Shown in pieces: positions 10,445-19,820 of a stretch of DNA of 64,000 bases (position 1 is its first letter; each line of letters opens with the position of its first letter). Made by a program: the position numbers and the translations under genes. The notes beneath the pieces are model-generated. The model was given only the letters and a program-made list of their open reading frames with translations. It ran no database searches and was not told the DNA's origin. This DNA comes from a virus (taxonomy: Duplodnaviria; Caudoviricetes), in IMG/VR virus record IMGVR_UViG_3300014590_000001, positions 128,001-192,000 of that record, one strand, 5' to 3'.

Positions 10445-13378
10445 TTACTCTTCGGATTCGTCTTCGTCTTCGTCAGCAACAATACCGCTAACATCAGACA
10501 GCAGAAGAGTCAGGTCGCCGCCGTTCGCAAACGCAGCGTCAGCAACGCCAGAGGACAGCAGAATCAGCGGCAGGTTAGTTGTGCCGAGAGACATTGCAGC
10601 TTCCATCAGATCGTCAGCTTCGTTTACACGCTGAACATCGTTCGTGGTGTAAGACGCAACTTCGATTTCGTCGCTTGCCATATCGCTAACAGATTTCACA
10701 ACGTTACGCAGCGCTTCGTCGGAAACCAGAGAACCAGCATTCAGCGTGAAACCAACGTAAACTTTCATATCGGTTTCGCCAATGTGGGAAACAACACGAT
10801 TGTATGCGCTAGTAACCAGAGCAGAAACTTTCTTCTTATCCAGACCCCAAATGCAAGGCAGTGCGATGTTCAGCACAACCGTATTCAGCACAGTGCTTTC
10901 AGTGTCCACTGTTACCGGACGAACAGAAACGTGTGCGTTGTACAGTGACGCCATCGGAACATGATCACCGATCAGTTCAGACAGATATTCTTCTGACAGA
11001 TCATCTTCGTCAATTTCGTCTTCGTCGTCGATGAAGTCACCAAGAACCAGACCGTGTTCGTAAGGATCTTGACCTGCTTCCAGACGGCCTTCATACAGCA
11101 GCGCGTCCAGTTGGCTACGCATAGTGTTGCCGAGTTTTTCGGAATAAGTTTCAACGTTGAAAGTTGAACGCTCAGACATGAACGGCAGCGCAGCAGAGCC
11201 GGACAGCAGATCGGTCGCTACAGTCAGAGGCAGATACATCGCACCTTCAACTTCGTCAGTCAGGTTGAACGGTACGCGGTAGTTAACACCGGATTGATCC
11301 GCGAGTTCTTCAGAAATATTTTCGAAGGTATCGCGATCAGTCAGGGTGAAGTTAACCAGCAGCGTTTGTTCTTGACGAACGCGCAGGAAAGTTCCGAGAT
11401 CGTTAGATGAACTTTCTTCAACGAAATTTTCGTCGTTTTGTTCTTCGGCTTCTTCCGCGTCGATATCATCGTTTTCCGCGTCGGCTTCTTCTTCCGCGTC
11501 GATATCCGCGTTTTCCGCGTCGGCTTCTTCGTCGTCTTCCAGATCTTCGGCTTCGTCTTCGTCATCAGCGACGTAGCCGTTTTCCAGACGATACTGTTCG
11601 AATTGTTTCAGCACGGCAACTTTGCCGTCGTTTTCGATTTCTTCACCAGCAGCTTCAAGCGCCGCTACACGTTGATCGTGAGACAGTTCGCCACCTTCAA
11701 ACTGGAACAGTTCGGTGTAGTCAACCGGATTAACTTCGTAACCAACGAATGACGGGAAGTGCGCCGCAACGGTTTCGTTTTCACCGAGTTCACGAACCAG
11801 TTGTTCGAATTCTTCAACGTCAGCGAATTCAGTTTCAGCCAGAGCATTCAGGATCAGTTCCAGAATGTCAGTTGCAGACTGCTTTTTGAAAGTAGTCAGG
11901 CCGAAACTTGCAGAGCGAGCGATAACGCGAACGGCATCGCGATTCAGTTCACCTTCGCCAACTTCAGCGGCAACCAGAGAAGCAAATTCAGAAACCGGAT
12001 CGAAGGTAGCGTCTTCGTCTTCGCCATCTTCGTCGTCCTGATCTTCATCGTCCTGATCTTCGTCGTCCTGATCTTCATCAGCGTCTTCAGAATCGTCTTC
12101 GTCTTCCGAATCTTCTTCAGAATCTTCTTCAGGAACGTCGTCGTTTACTTCTTCCGACTCAGCGTGGATGTAAGTCGCCAGCGCTTCGTTGCCGCCGAGT
12201 TTTTCGTTTGCTGCGATCAGGAACGCAAACAGTTCGTTGTATTCAAACGCACCAACCAGATCCAGCAGTTTGGTTGTCAGAGTTTCTTCGGTGTCAGAGG
12301 TAAACACTTTACCGCCAGCAACGAACACCAGTTTTTTCAGGCCAGCGCGATCCAGATTTGCATTCAGAAGAATACCAGCCAGAGTTTCGGCAGCGTCGAA
12401 TTCTTCTTCGTCGTCACCTTCTTCGGTTTCTTCTTCGCTTTCTTCCGCGTCGTCTTCAGTTTCCAGATCGTTTTCTTCTTCGCTTTCCGCAGCAGCTTCG
12501 CCAGCACCTTCGAGGAAGTCAGCACGTTCGCTTTGATACGCCAGTGCGATCTCTTCATCAGGCATTGCGCCGAGGTCATAGCCGATTGCGATCAGCGCTT
12601 CCGCTTTCTCTTCGATAGAAACAGAAGACTGATTTTCACGTTTGAAAACATCAAGAGCATTGCCCACTTTATTCCCCTTAATAGGATTGATCAGGAAGTT
12701 CACGCGAGATACTTCCGAGCGAACTACAAAACTTAATGCAGCACCTTCCAGCAGAACGACTTCAGCTTTGGTTTCGTTCCAGTTGATTACAGGCGCGTTG
12801 ATTTGGTCAACGTTAGCTTTCAGAGCAGGAACGAAATTCGCTTCGTTACGCTCGATTGCTTCCAGTTGGTCACGCAGAGAATTCACAACACCGTGTGAAC
12901 TACTTTCTGAAGTTACTGCGATTGCGTGTACGCCGAAACGAGAGGCATATGACGCTAACGTAGTATTATCATTTGCAGCTTTCTCTGCGACTTTAAACAA
13001 CGCTTCCGAAATAAGTTTCTGGAGGCGCTCTACGTTACCATTTACAGTATAACGCAGAATCATTGCCGCACTATCTTTCAGTTTCACGCGCTCGTCGATG
13101 GACGCGGCAGCGCCACCACGCGTACCAAGCACTTCCAGAACAGCGGCATCGTTGCCAGCGATAGCCAGAAGGTCAGTCAGACGGTTAAGCGCTTTGCCCT
13201 GCGCAACGGTTTGGGTAACGTTGCCGTTATTTTCGGCGCGGTAAATCTGATTACCATTTACAGTAGGGCACAGCAAAACAACAACAGTGCTTTTGGTTCC
13301 AGAAGAACCCTGATTCAGATTCTGCGCAGTCAGATTTGCATTGTGCGCGGCAGTTCCGAATTGTTGAGTTGAAGTCAT
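10445..13378 (-). CDS. giant acidic multidomain protein
   Basis: 977 aa with several D/E tracts; GGAG RBS. Confidence 0.85.
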   Translation of the reverse strand: MTSTQQFGTAAHNANLTAQNLNQGSSGTKSTVVVLLCPTVNGNQIYRAENNGNVTQTVAQGKALNRLTDLLAIAGNDAAVLEVLGTRGGAAASIDERVKLKDSAAMILRYTVNGNVERLQKLISEALFKVAEKAANDNTTLASYASRFGVHAIAVTSESSSHGVVNSLRDQLEAIERNEANFVPALKANVDQINAPVINWNETKAEVVLLEGAALSFVVRSEVSRVNFLINPIKGNKVGNALDVFKRENQSSVSIEEKAEALIAIGYDLGAMPDEEIALAYQSERADFLEGAGEAAAESEEENDLETEDDAEESEEETEEGDDEEEFDAAETLAGILLNANLDRAGLKKLVFVAGGKVFTSDTEETLTTKLLDLVGAFEYNELFAFLIAANEKLGGNEALATYIHAESEEVNDDVPEEDSEEDSEDEDDSEDADEDQDDEDQDDEDQDDEDGEDEDATFDPVSEFASLVAAEVGEGELNRDAVRVIARSASFGLTTFKKQSATDILELILNALAETEFADVEEFEQLVRELGENETVAAHFPSFVGYEVNPVDYTELFQFEGGELSHDQRVAALEAAGEEIENDGKVAVLKQFEQYRLENGYVADDEDEAEDLEDDEEADAENADIDAEEEADAENDDIDAEEAEEQNDENFVEESSSNDLGTFLRVRQEQTLLVNFTLTDRDTFENISEELADQSGVNYRVPFNLTDEVEGAMYLPLTVATDLLSGSAALPFMSERSTFNVETYSEKLGNTMRSQLDALLYEGRLEAGQDPYEHGLVLGDFIDDEDEIDEDDLSEEYLSELIGDHVPMASLYNAHVSVRPVTVDTESTVLNTVVLNIALPCIWGLDKKKVSALVTSAYNRVVSHIGETDMKVYVGFTLNAGSLVSDEALRNVVKSVSDMASDEIEVASYTTNDVQRVNEADDLMEAAMSLGTTNLPLILLSSGVADAAFANGGDLTLLLSDVSGIVADEDEDESEE

Positions 13379-14649
13379 GATTTTTTCTCCATATCAATTT
13401 GCCAGCTACGACGATTCGATTTTTCAATAAACTGAATTCGACGAGACATTATGTTTGGACTTTCAACCAGTGCGGTTGTGAATCCCCAAGCGTTAAGCGA
13501 ACGAGCCAGAGCTTCAGGCTTCGTGCTAGTCATTGTGCGAAGTTTGCGACTCACACCTATCACAGCCAGATCCAGTGCAAAGAATTTTGCAGAACTTACA
13601 GGGCCGTTTTCGACCAACGCATCAACACATTCAGATTCTTGTTCACGAATCTGACGTTCGATTTTACGACGTTCCGCAAAATAACGTTTTGCAGTGCGTA
13701 GTGTGTTGCGCTCGCTATTGGTAAGCACTTCCTTCAGCGAAAGTTTCTCAACAGTCGATTTGTGTTGCGCTTGCAACTCAGGATCAACCTGTAAAGATTT
13801 TCTCAACTGAAGTAATTCTTTCGAACAGTATTGTTCGTACTGGTCAATAAGAATTTCGTACTCGTCAGAACCCAAATCCTGCATATGTTTAAGTTGCACT
13901 TCAGGATCTTTCTTAGGCCAGTACAGTGTTCCGAAAACTAACACGTATTGACCGTGAGTGCGCAGCGAGTATGCCGATAAACTTTTCGGCGTACCTACAA
14001 ACTCTTTCCGCATCACAGAGGTTGAAATCGGAATCGGGAATCCAGAATCTGAAAACACATAACCGTCTACCAGATTGAATTTCGATCCGTGATAATCAGC
14101 CAGCGAATAAACCATAACGGCGGCGCGACCTTCAGGCACTGCCATCGGTTTACCTTTTACCGCTTTACCTTTGGCGATGAATTTCTGCATCGTCAAAAGT
14201 TGTTCCGTGTACGGCGCACAGTACATGTACTCATGATCGTCCATCGAAAAAGCGTAGTTGGCAATGTACTGCTTAATCATTTTGCCGATATACTTAATCG
14301 CGACTTTCTGATCTTCTGCCTGTTCAAAGTGTTCGATGAACTCAGCAACTTGTTTATGCTTAGGAACACCTAAGCCCAAGTGAAACAGAATTGAAAGTTG
14401 TTCCAGAAGAATTCCGCGTTGACCGCGACGAAGATTGCGATACAGCCGCATCACCGTACTAGCACGAATGCGAGGATACAAAACATCTACGTGCTGTTCA
14501 CGCGCACCGTATTTCGTGCGAACGTGACGAACAGAACAAACGCTTTTGGAACTCTCCATATACTTCGGAGCAATCTCAACCAATTTCCAACCAGCAAGTT
14601 TTAATAGCTTTTGACGATCTTCAAACGTCAGTAGGTGCCCTAAAAACAT
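13375..14649 (-). CDS. hypothetical protein
   Basis: 424 aa, stop overlaps next start. Confidence 0.75.
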   Translation of the reverse strand: MFLGHLLTFEDRQKLLKLAGWKLVEIAPKYMESSKSVCSVRHVRTKYGAREQHVDVLYPRIRASTVMRLYRNLRRGQRGILLEQLSILFHLGLGVPKHKQVAEFIEHFEQAEDQKVAIKYIGKMIKQYIANYAFSMDDHEYMYCAPYTEQLLTMQKFIAKGKAVKGKPMAVPEGRAAVMVYSLADYHGSKFNLVDGYVFSDSGFPIPISTSVMRKEFVGTPKSLSAYSLRTHGQYVLVFGTLYWPKKDPEVQLKHMQDLGSDEYEILIDQYEQYCSKELLQLRKSLQVDPELQAQHKSTVEKLSLKEVLTNSERNTLRTAKRYFAERRKIERQIREQESECVDALVENGPVSSAKFFALDLAVIGVSRKLRTMTSTKPEALARSLNAWGFTTALVESPNIMSRRIQFIEKSNRRSWQIDMEKKS

Positions 14650-15100
14650 ATTTATTCCTCAAATCGGCATCTGCAACTAAATCCTTATTACCATTTGCAG
14701 AAACCATTTCGAATAACGCATCAACAGTAGAGCGAGCTTCCACGCTCTGTAGATGTTCCCACGGCAGCACAACAACTGTCTCGCCGTTTAACTCAACCCC
14801 TTGCTGCGAAGGCAAAGGAAGCAAAGACAGAGGTTTCCCATTATCTTTACAGTATTTATTGAGCTTCTGCGTTATTTCTCGTAACAGCTTGTGATTCTTT
14901 TCTGAAACAACTTCCGGATCAACAACGCTCGTAATGTGCCAGTAGTTTGCAACATTGAAGAACGTTAGTTGAGTCACCATCGTTACGCTATCGCCAACAG
15001 ACGAAAGGTAGTAGGCAACAAGTTGTTCCATTTCCGCGCTTTCGTTTGGAGGAACATGTTTCGAGCGCGGAATACGTTTAACTGAAGATTTCTTTTTCAT
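14621..15100 (-). CDS. hypothetical protein
   Basis: ATGA overlap with upstream stop at 15097-15100. Confidence 0.7.
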   Translation of the reverse strand: MKKKSSVKRIPRSKHVPPNESAEMEQLVAYYLSSVGDSVTMVTQLTFFNVANYWHITSVVDPEVVSEKNHKLLREITQKLNKYCKDNGKPLSLLPLPSQQGVELNGETVVVLPWEHLQSVEARSTVDALFEMVSANGNKDLVADADLRNKYVFRAPTDV

Positions 15101-15477
15101 GATTTGTCGTCCGGCATGGAATATGATTTCCAGATCTGGTTCACTAGTTCCAACCAATCGGCTTCAGAAATATCAGTTCCATAAAGTTCTTTATAGGCCG
15201 ACCAGAAACCGGGGCCGGGAATTTTGTCACCATACTTGCGCGAGATATAAAGCGCCGCTACTGGAGGGCGTCCAGCAGCAGCATCAATCTTCATTGTCTC
15301 ATACAGAACATTCCAGATTAAATCTGCTTGTTCCTGTTTTAAGCGCGTGAATTGCATCCCGTAAATCGCGGGAGAGAGATCGTTGAAAAACAAGTGGATG
15401 TTTTGTGTGGCAGCCAGAACTAATCTGCTATAGACCTGGCCGACAACCGCACGAACAAGAACATTTGTGTTTTCCAT
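15097..15477 (-). CDS. hypothetical protein
   Basis: 126 aa, translationally coupled; GRPPVAALYISR...PGPGFW motif. Confidence 0.7.
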   Translation of the reverse strand: MENTNVLVRAVVGQVYSRLVLAATQNIHLFFNDLSPAIYGMQFTRLKQEQADLIWNVLYETMKIDAAAGRPPVAALYISRKYGDKIPGPGFWSAYKELYGTDISEADWLELVNQIWKSYSMPDDKS

Positions 15478-16424
15478 TATTCACCGCCAGAAACTTTCTG
15501 CGCCTTACGGTTTTTGTGAACCAGTTCGAATTCACCGTTACCAAAGAAGCGATCAACAACAAGCGGAATAATCTCTTCCGGAATTGTCGGAGACAGCGCA
15601 GCGATAACCGCCTTGATCTGCGTTTTGTTCAGAACGATTTTGCCACTCTCCACAAATTTCTTCATGTGGCGCGGCATACTTTGTTCAGCAGCGAGCGAAT
15701 TATAATGCGCTTTGAGTGCATTAATCGCTTTGCGTACTTTCGGCACACCGTATTTTTCAACGATAGCGCTTGCAGTGTCCGGCAGATCTTTCACAGTGAC
15801 GTTCAGACTATTAGAAAGAATTTGGTTGAATTCTTTCCATGTGCGCGGATTGGTGATTGCGGCTTGCATCGCGCCAAACAATTGTTCGGCAGTTTCAAAC
15901 TGGCGATCAACCGGAGTTGATTTAGGCATTGTCACACGTTTCGGAACAGGTTTAATCTTTTTCTGTTCGTCAGTTTTCGGCTTGACGTTGCCATTTGCTT
16001 TCGCAGTTTTAACTTTCGTAGGTTTGGCTTTATCGCCGTTCACCTTCACAGGCTTATCAGATTTGATTTTGCCAGTTTTAACAGAGCGCGGTTTGATCAC
16101 TTTTGCCGGAGCGGTTGAGCGTTTCCATTCAGTGAAAGCCGGAGGCGTTTCAACCACTTCGCCTTTCTTAATCCGGCGCATCACATCGCGAGAATGAATG
16201 TGAATGTAACCATCCATTTTAACGATACGTTCAGGCGCAATATCTTTCAGAGCATCACGCGGCAATTCAACCAGAACTTTACCGCGACGAACCAGCGTAG
16301 CTGGATCAACAGTGCGAGAACTTCCATCAATGCTGTAACCTTTTGCGTTAACGCCGATAATACGAGAAGTTTTATCGTCAGCAGTGCGCAGAACAACGTT
16401 AACCAGATTTGCATTAGTAGTCAT
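15477..16424 (-). CDS. basic protein, N-terminal domain paralogous to 16497..18128
   Basis: 315 aa, Lys/Pro-rich linker; AAGG RBS. Confidence 0.8.
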   Translation of the reverse strand: MTTNANLVNVVLRTADDKTSRIIGVNAKGYSIDGSSRTVDPATLVRRGKVLVELPRDALKDIAPERIVKMDGYIHIHSRDVMRRIKKGEVVETPPAFTEWKRSTAPAKVIKPRSVKTGKIKSDKPVKVNGDKAKPTKVKTAKANGNVKPKTDEQKKIKPVPKRVTMPKSTPVDRQFETAEQLFGAMQAAITNPRTWKEFNQILSNSLNVTVKDLPDTASAIVEKYGVPKVRKAINALKAHYNSLAAEQSMPRHMKKFVESGKIVLNKTQIKAVIAALSPTIPEEIIPLVVDRFFGNGEFELVHKNRKAQKVSGGE

Positions 16425-16496
16425 GACAAAATACCTTTTATAAAATTGGGAGAGTTTGGAGCGCGGCGTAATTACCGCGCCAATCGAATTTATTTA

Positions 16497-18128
16497 TTAG
16501 CCTTTAGCCAGCAGAGCGCGGAGTTTTTTCTCGCTCATGTTTTCGGCGGCGCGAACTTTCGCAAGACCTTTCTGAACTACGATATCGCGCAGTTCGTCTT
16601 CGTCCAGATCTTCGTAATCGTCGTCTTCGCCTTCTTCAAAATCTTCGTCTTCTTCGTTGCTGTCTTCGCCGTCTTCGTCAGAAACAACTGGTGAGTATTC
16701 TGACAGGCCGGAAATATCTTCGTTGCTAAACGCTACAACTTCTTTACCGCCTTCTTCAATCACCAGCAGATCCGCGTCTTCATCCATGCCGACATAAATC
16801 AGAGTGTCTTCGCCGTCTGTCAGTTTCAGACCAGCAACCAGCGCAGATTCAGGAACGCCCCACAGTTCGGACAGCATGGACAGGTTTTCTTCTGTCACTT
16901 CTGAATCACGTCCGGCTAACTGCTTTTTAGTCAGCGAAACATATTCGTATTCTTCGCCGTCTTCGTCTTCACCGTCTTCAGAATCGTCATCGGAATCTTC
17001 GCCGTCTTCTGAATCGTCTTCATCCTCTTCGTCCTCTTCGGACTCTTCTTCTTCCTCTTCCTCTTCTTCCTCGTCTTCATCTTCATCTTCATCTTCAGCA
17101 ACCAATTCATAGTGGCTCAAAGATCCGGTGGAGATAGTGCGGAATTTTTCGGTTTCGGTGTTGAACAGTACAGCTTTGTTGTTATCGTCAACGCTTGCGC
17201 CGCAGAAAACAAACTGACCATCTTCACCTTCGCGAACCAGCAGAGTGCCAGCAGTCATATCGCTCGCATCAACGCCGAGGTGTTCAGAGATTGCAGCCGC
17301 CAGTTTTTTACCGACAGTTTTACCAACACGCGATTTGATTTTCTTCGCCAGTTCCGGAGAAATTTCATAACCGCCGTTGATTTCTTCAGGCTCAGGCTGC
17401 GCCAGTGCGTATTTGAAATTCATCGTTACGCGAATGTCGCCACCAGTGCGATCAAACTCAGTCGAGTAACCAACTTCGAATGCGTTTTGAATCGCCGCGT
17501 TGTTTTCGTCAAACTTCGCGAGAGAAGAATCTTTCGCGACTGCCATCAGACGTTCAGTAATAACTTTCGCCAACGGTTCGCCAACTTCAGACAGTGACAC
17601 GGTGCCTTTCGGTTTGATACCAAAGTCGCTCATTTCAACGCCAGCGTTTTTAGCGCCACGACGTTTAACAGTGCGACCAGTTGTTTCTTCTACATCAACA
17701 TCCGCAGCTTTGCGGCGAACTTTAGAAGGTTTCTCTTCAACGTCTTCAACGTCTTCAGCAGGTTTGCGACCGGAAGTTTTGCGGCCAGTAGTTTTAGCTG
17801 GCTTGTCTTCAGCAGGTTTGCGACCGGAAGTTTTCTTGCCAGTTGCTTTAGCAGGTTTTTCTAAGAAAGCGTCAGTGCCAACTTTTTTCTGCATCGCTTT
17901 GTCGGAAAATTCAACGTAGCCGTTTCCGGTGTCGTTCAGTTCACGCAGAGACACGTTAGGGATTTCGTAAAACATCGCGCCCTTTTTCGCAACCTGCTTG
18001 CTGTTCACACGAACAGAGCGGTCTGCAACTTTGTAGCCAGTAGCTACAGCAGCGGTGATTTTAGTTTTGGTGCCGTCCAGCAGAACAATTGATTTACCGA
18101 TCAGAGCTTTGTTAGTTGCGATTGCCAT
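16497..18128 (-). CDS. acidic/basic modular protein with internal duplication and C-terminal HeH-like motif
   Basis: 543 aa; AGGAG RBS; KTSGRKPAED repeats; D/E tracts. Confidence 0.85.
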   Translation of the reverse strand: MAIATNKALIGKSIVLLDGTKTKITAAVATGYKVADRSVRVNSKQVAKKGAMFYEIPNVSLRELNDTGNGYVEFSDKAMQKKVGTDAFLEKPAKATGKKTSGRKPAEDKPAKTTGRKTSGRKPAEDVEDVEEKPSKVRRKAADVDVEETTGRTVKRRGAKNAGVEMSDFGIKPKGTVSLSEVGEPLAKVITERLMAVAKDSSLAKFDENNAAIQNAFEVGYSTEFDRTGGDIRVTMNFKYALAQPEPEEINGGYEISPELAKKIKSRVGKTVGKKLAAAISEHLGVDASDMTAGTLLVREGEDGQFVFCGASVDDNNKAVLFNTETEKFRTISTGSLSHYELVAEDEDEDEDEEEEEEEEEESEEDEEDEDDSEDGEDSDDDSEDGEDEDGEEYEYVSLTKKQLAGRDSEVTEENLSMLSELWGVPESALVAGLKLTDGEDTLIYVGMDEDADLLVIEEGGKEVVAFSNEDISGLSEYSPVVSDEDGEDSNEEDEDFEEGEDDDYEDLDEDELRDIVVQKGLAKVRAAENMSEKKLRALLAKG

Positions 18129-18193
18129 GATTATTTCTCCTAAGAAATAGTAGTTGAGGCTTTTAAGTTCGGCACTGCGCCGAGTGAGATTAA

Positions 18194-18252
18194 ATAGTGC
18201 ATGAAACTCTCAGAAGTTTCAATCAACATTTTAGACACTATTTTGCAGAGTT
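18194..18252 (-). promoter_or_regulatory. phage promoter P2 (TTGAAA-17-CACTAT)
   Basis: AACTCTGCAAAATAGTGTCTAAAAT, 28 nt, CACTAT. Confidence 0.8.
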
Positions 18253-18272
18253 CCCAAAGGTGGAGACTTTGC

Positions 18273-18355
18273 AAAAAAGTGTGGGCATCCATTCCCACAT
18301 AAAGGTTCCAAACAAACTACTTGATACTTGAGGGTTCAGAGCGTTGCCGCCCTGT
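18273..18355 (-). ncRNA. candidate small RNA (~83 nt)
   Basis: own promoter P3, 5' GCAA-tetraloop hairpin, 3' terminator GTGGG...CCCAC-AC-T6, no complete ORF inside. Confidence 0.55.
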
Positions 18356-18361
18356 CCTTAT

Positions 18362-18420
18362 ATTCTAGCTGAACGGAGCGGCAAATGCTATCGGTATTTT
18401 GGACACTTATTTGCAGACTT
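18362..18420 (-). promoter_or_regulatory. phage promoter P3 (TAGCAT-17-TAGAAT)
   Basis: AAGTCTGCAAATAAGTGTCCAAAAT, 28 nt, TAGAAT. Confidence 0.8.
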
Positions 18421-18427
18421 TGAAACT

Positions 18428-18976
18428 TCAGCCCTTGCGAGATTTCGCTTCAGGCATCTGCTTTTTAGGTGGAACCGTATATTTCGATTTCTTAGGTTCC
18501 TTGAATTTCTTCATGCCGTGGCGTGTGCCGTGGATTTTGTTAAAACGATACGTTGCATCCGCAATAAAGCAACGCTTCGAGAAACTGTCTTTTTTAGGCA
18601 GAACCGAATCATCGACAATGCCAAGCGCTTTTACTTCAGCGAGCAGATCTTTAAACTCAGGGAAGAAACCGCACTGGTTATTCATGATCTCGTCAGTTTT
18701 GAAAGGATCGATTTCAACATAACGAATCATGTGAAGCATTTCTTTATTCACACCAGTGACCGCCGAAACTTGTTTTTGAACAATGTCAGACGATTTGGAT
18801 AAATCAGCCAGCGCAGCAAATTCTTTTTCGGTCAGGCCGATTGTTTTCAGAATCGCTTTCTTGCTGTCCTTGTCGCTATGTTCGCTCAGGAATAATTCGA
18901 ATGCTTTTGACAAAGCAACAGAGAGCAGAGCGGCTTGTGATTGGGTTGAGGCTTCGGTGAACTTCATTGTAGTCAT
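18428..18976 (-). CDS. hypothetical protein (start may be 18967)
   Basis: 182 aa, first gene after P4. Confidence 0.75.
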   Translation of the reverse strand: MTTMKFTEASTQSQAALLSVALSKAFELFLSEHSDKDSKKAILKTIGLTEKEFAALADLSKSSDIVQKQVSAVTGVNKEMLHMIRYVEIDPFKTDEIMNNQCGFFPEFKDLLAEVKALGIVDDSVLPKKDSFSKRCFIADATYRFNKIHGTRHGMKKFKEPKKSKYTVPPKKQMPEAKSRKG

Positions 18977-19014
18977 CCTTTGTAAGTCTAAGCGGTATTG
19001 CTTAGTGAGTCTTT

Positions 19015-19073
19015 ATAGTATGAAAGTTTCGTGTCCAAAACAACCTGTATTTTGGACACTGTTTTGCAGACTT
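19015..19073 (-). promoter_or_regulatory. phage promoter P4 (TTGTTT-17-TACTAT)
   Basis: AAGTCTGCAAAACAGTGTCCAAAAT, 28 nt, TACTAT. Confidence 0.8.
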
Positions 19074-19076
19074 GCT

Positions 19077-19442
19077 TTATACAAGGCCGTCCAGTTTTCT
19101 GTCTAACTCTGCCTGAATCTTTTTGTGTCGTTCACGCTCGCCCAGCATACGGAAGAAAACGAATGTTCCCCACAGCCAGAATGTGAGCGGCAGAGGCACA
19201 ACGATCAGAATCCAGAAAGGCAGCAAAAGCAGCCACGCGAAAAACTGCGCGATTGTCATGTGCCAGCTTAATTCGCAAATCTTTTCCCACAGCGATTTAA
19301 AGCATTTGCCGATTCCATCCGCGACCAACGCCCAACAATCCAAAAGACTAGGCTTGTACGATCCAGCGCGAACCACGCCGTAGGGATTGTGGAAAAACTG
19401 ATAAATGGTTGCGCTATTTTTTACTTCTTCAATTGTTGGCAT
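19077..19442 (-). CDS. hypothetical membrane protein
   Basis: hydrophobic stretch FFAWLLLLPFWILIVVPLPLTFWLWG. Confidence 0.75.
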   Translation of the reverse strand: MPTIEEVKNSATIYQFFHNPYGVVRAGSYKPSLLDCWALVADGIGKCFKSLWEKICELSWHMTIAQFFAWLLLLPFWILIVVPLPLTFWLWGTFVFFRMLGERERHKKIQAELDRKLDGLV

Positions 19443-19819
19443 CAGAATCTCGCCTCCCCTAAAACAATTGAGCCGTCATCAATTTTCGCTTCTCGAATTT
19501 TATCTCCGCGATCCGGCAGACGAACGATGTAGGTTGCATGTTTCCATCCGCGATGTGAGTTAACAGGCTCAGTTGTGCGGTACATAATAAGAGGATGAAG
19601 ATCGTCAGAATGAAACGAATTGTAATCTGCAACGAATTTTAATTGTGCCTCTTCGCTAAAATTCGTTTCGCCCACAAAAGCCATCGCACGAATCAAATCA
19701 ATTCGAACAACGCCGCCAGCTTTGCTGGGTTTAGTTTTGAGTGCGAACGTCTGATATTTCTTACGACGATCTTGTGGATGCAGATTGTGATTTTCAACCA
19801 GCGAATCAATGTAGCCCAT
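19442..19819 (-). CDS. hypothetical protein
   Basis: GAGG RBS before ATG 19819 (MGYIDS). Confidence 0.7.
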   Translation of the reverse strand: MGYIDSLVENHNLHPQDRRKKYQTFALKTKPSKAGGVVRIDLIRAMAFVGETNFSEEAQLKFVADYNSFHSDDLHPLIMYRTTEPVNSHRGWKHATYIVRLPDRGDKIREAKIDDGSIVLGEARF

Positions 19820-19820
19820 T

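Noticed and set aside
12020-12080. 15-bp tandem repeats (TCGTCCTGATCTTC) and similar repeats at 11450-11530, 17750-17835 and 7370-7550
   Set aside because: In-frame coding repeats (DDEDQ, EEADAEN, KTSGRKPAED, EEKPAKAGKK) explained by low-complexity proteins
8121-17597. Long plus-strand ORFs (poly-Ser or Phe/Val-rich, e.g. 8121..8603, 8186..9211, 11759..12736)
   Set aside because: Antisense shadows of GAA/GAC-rich acidic genes; no RBS, and all credible genes are on the minus strand
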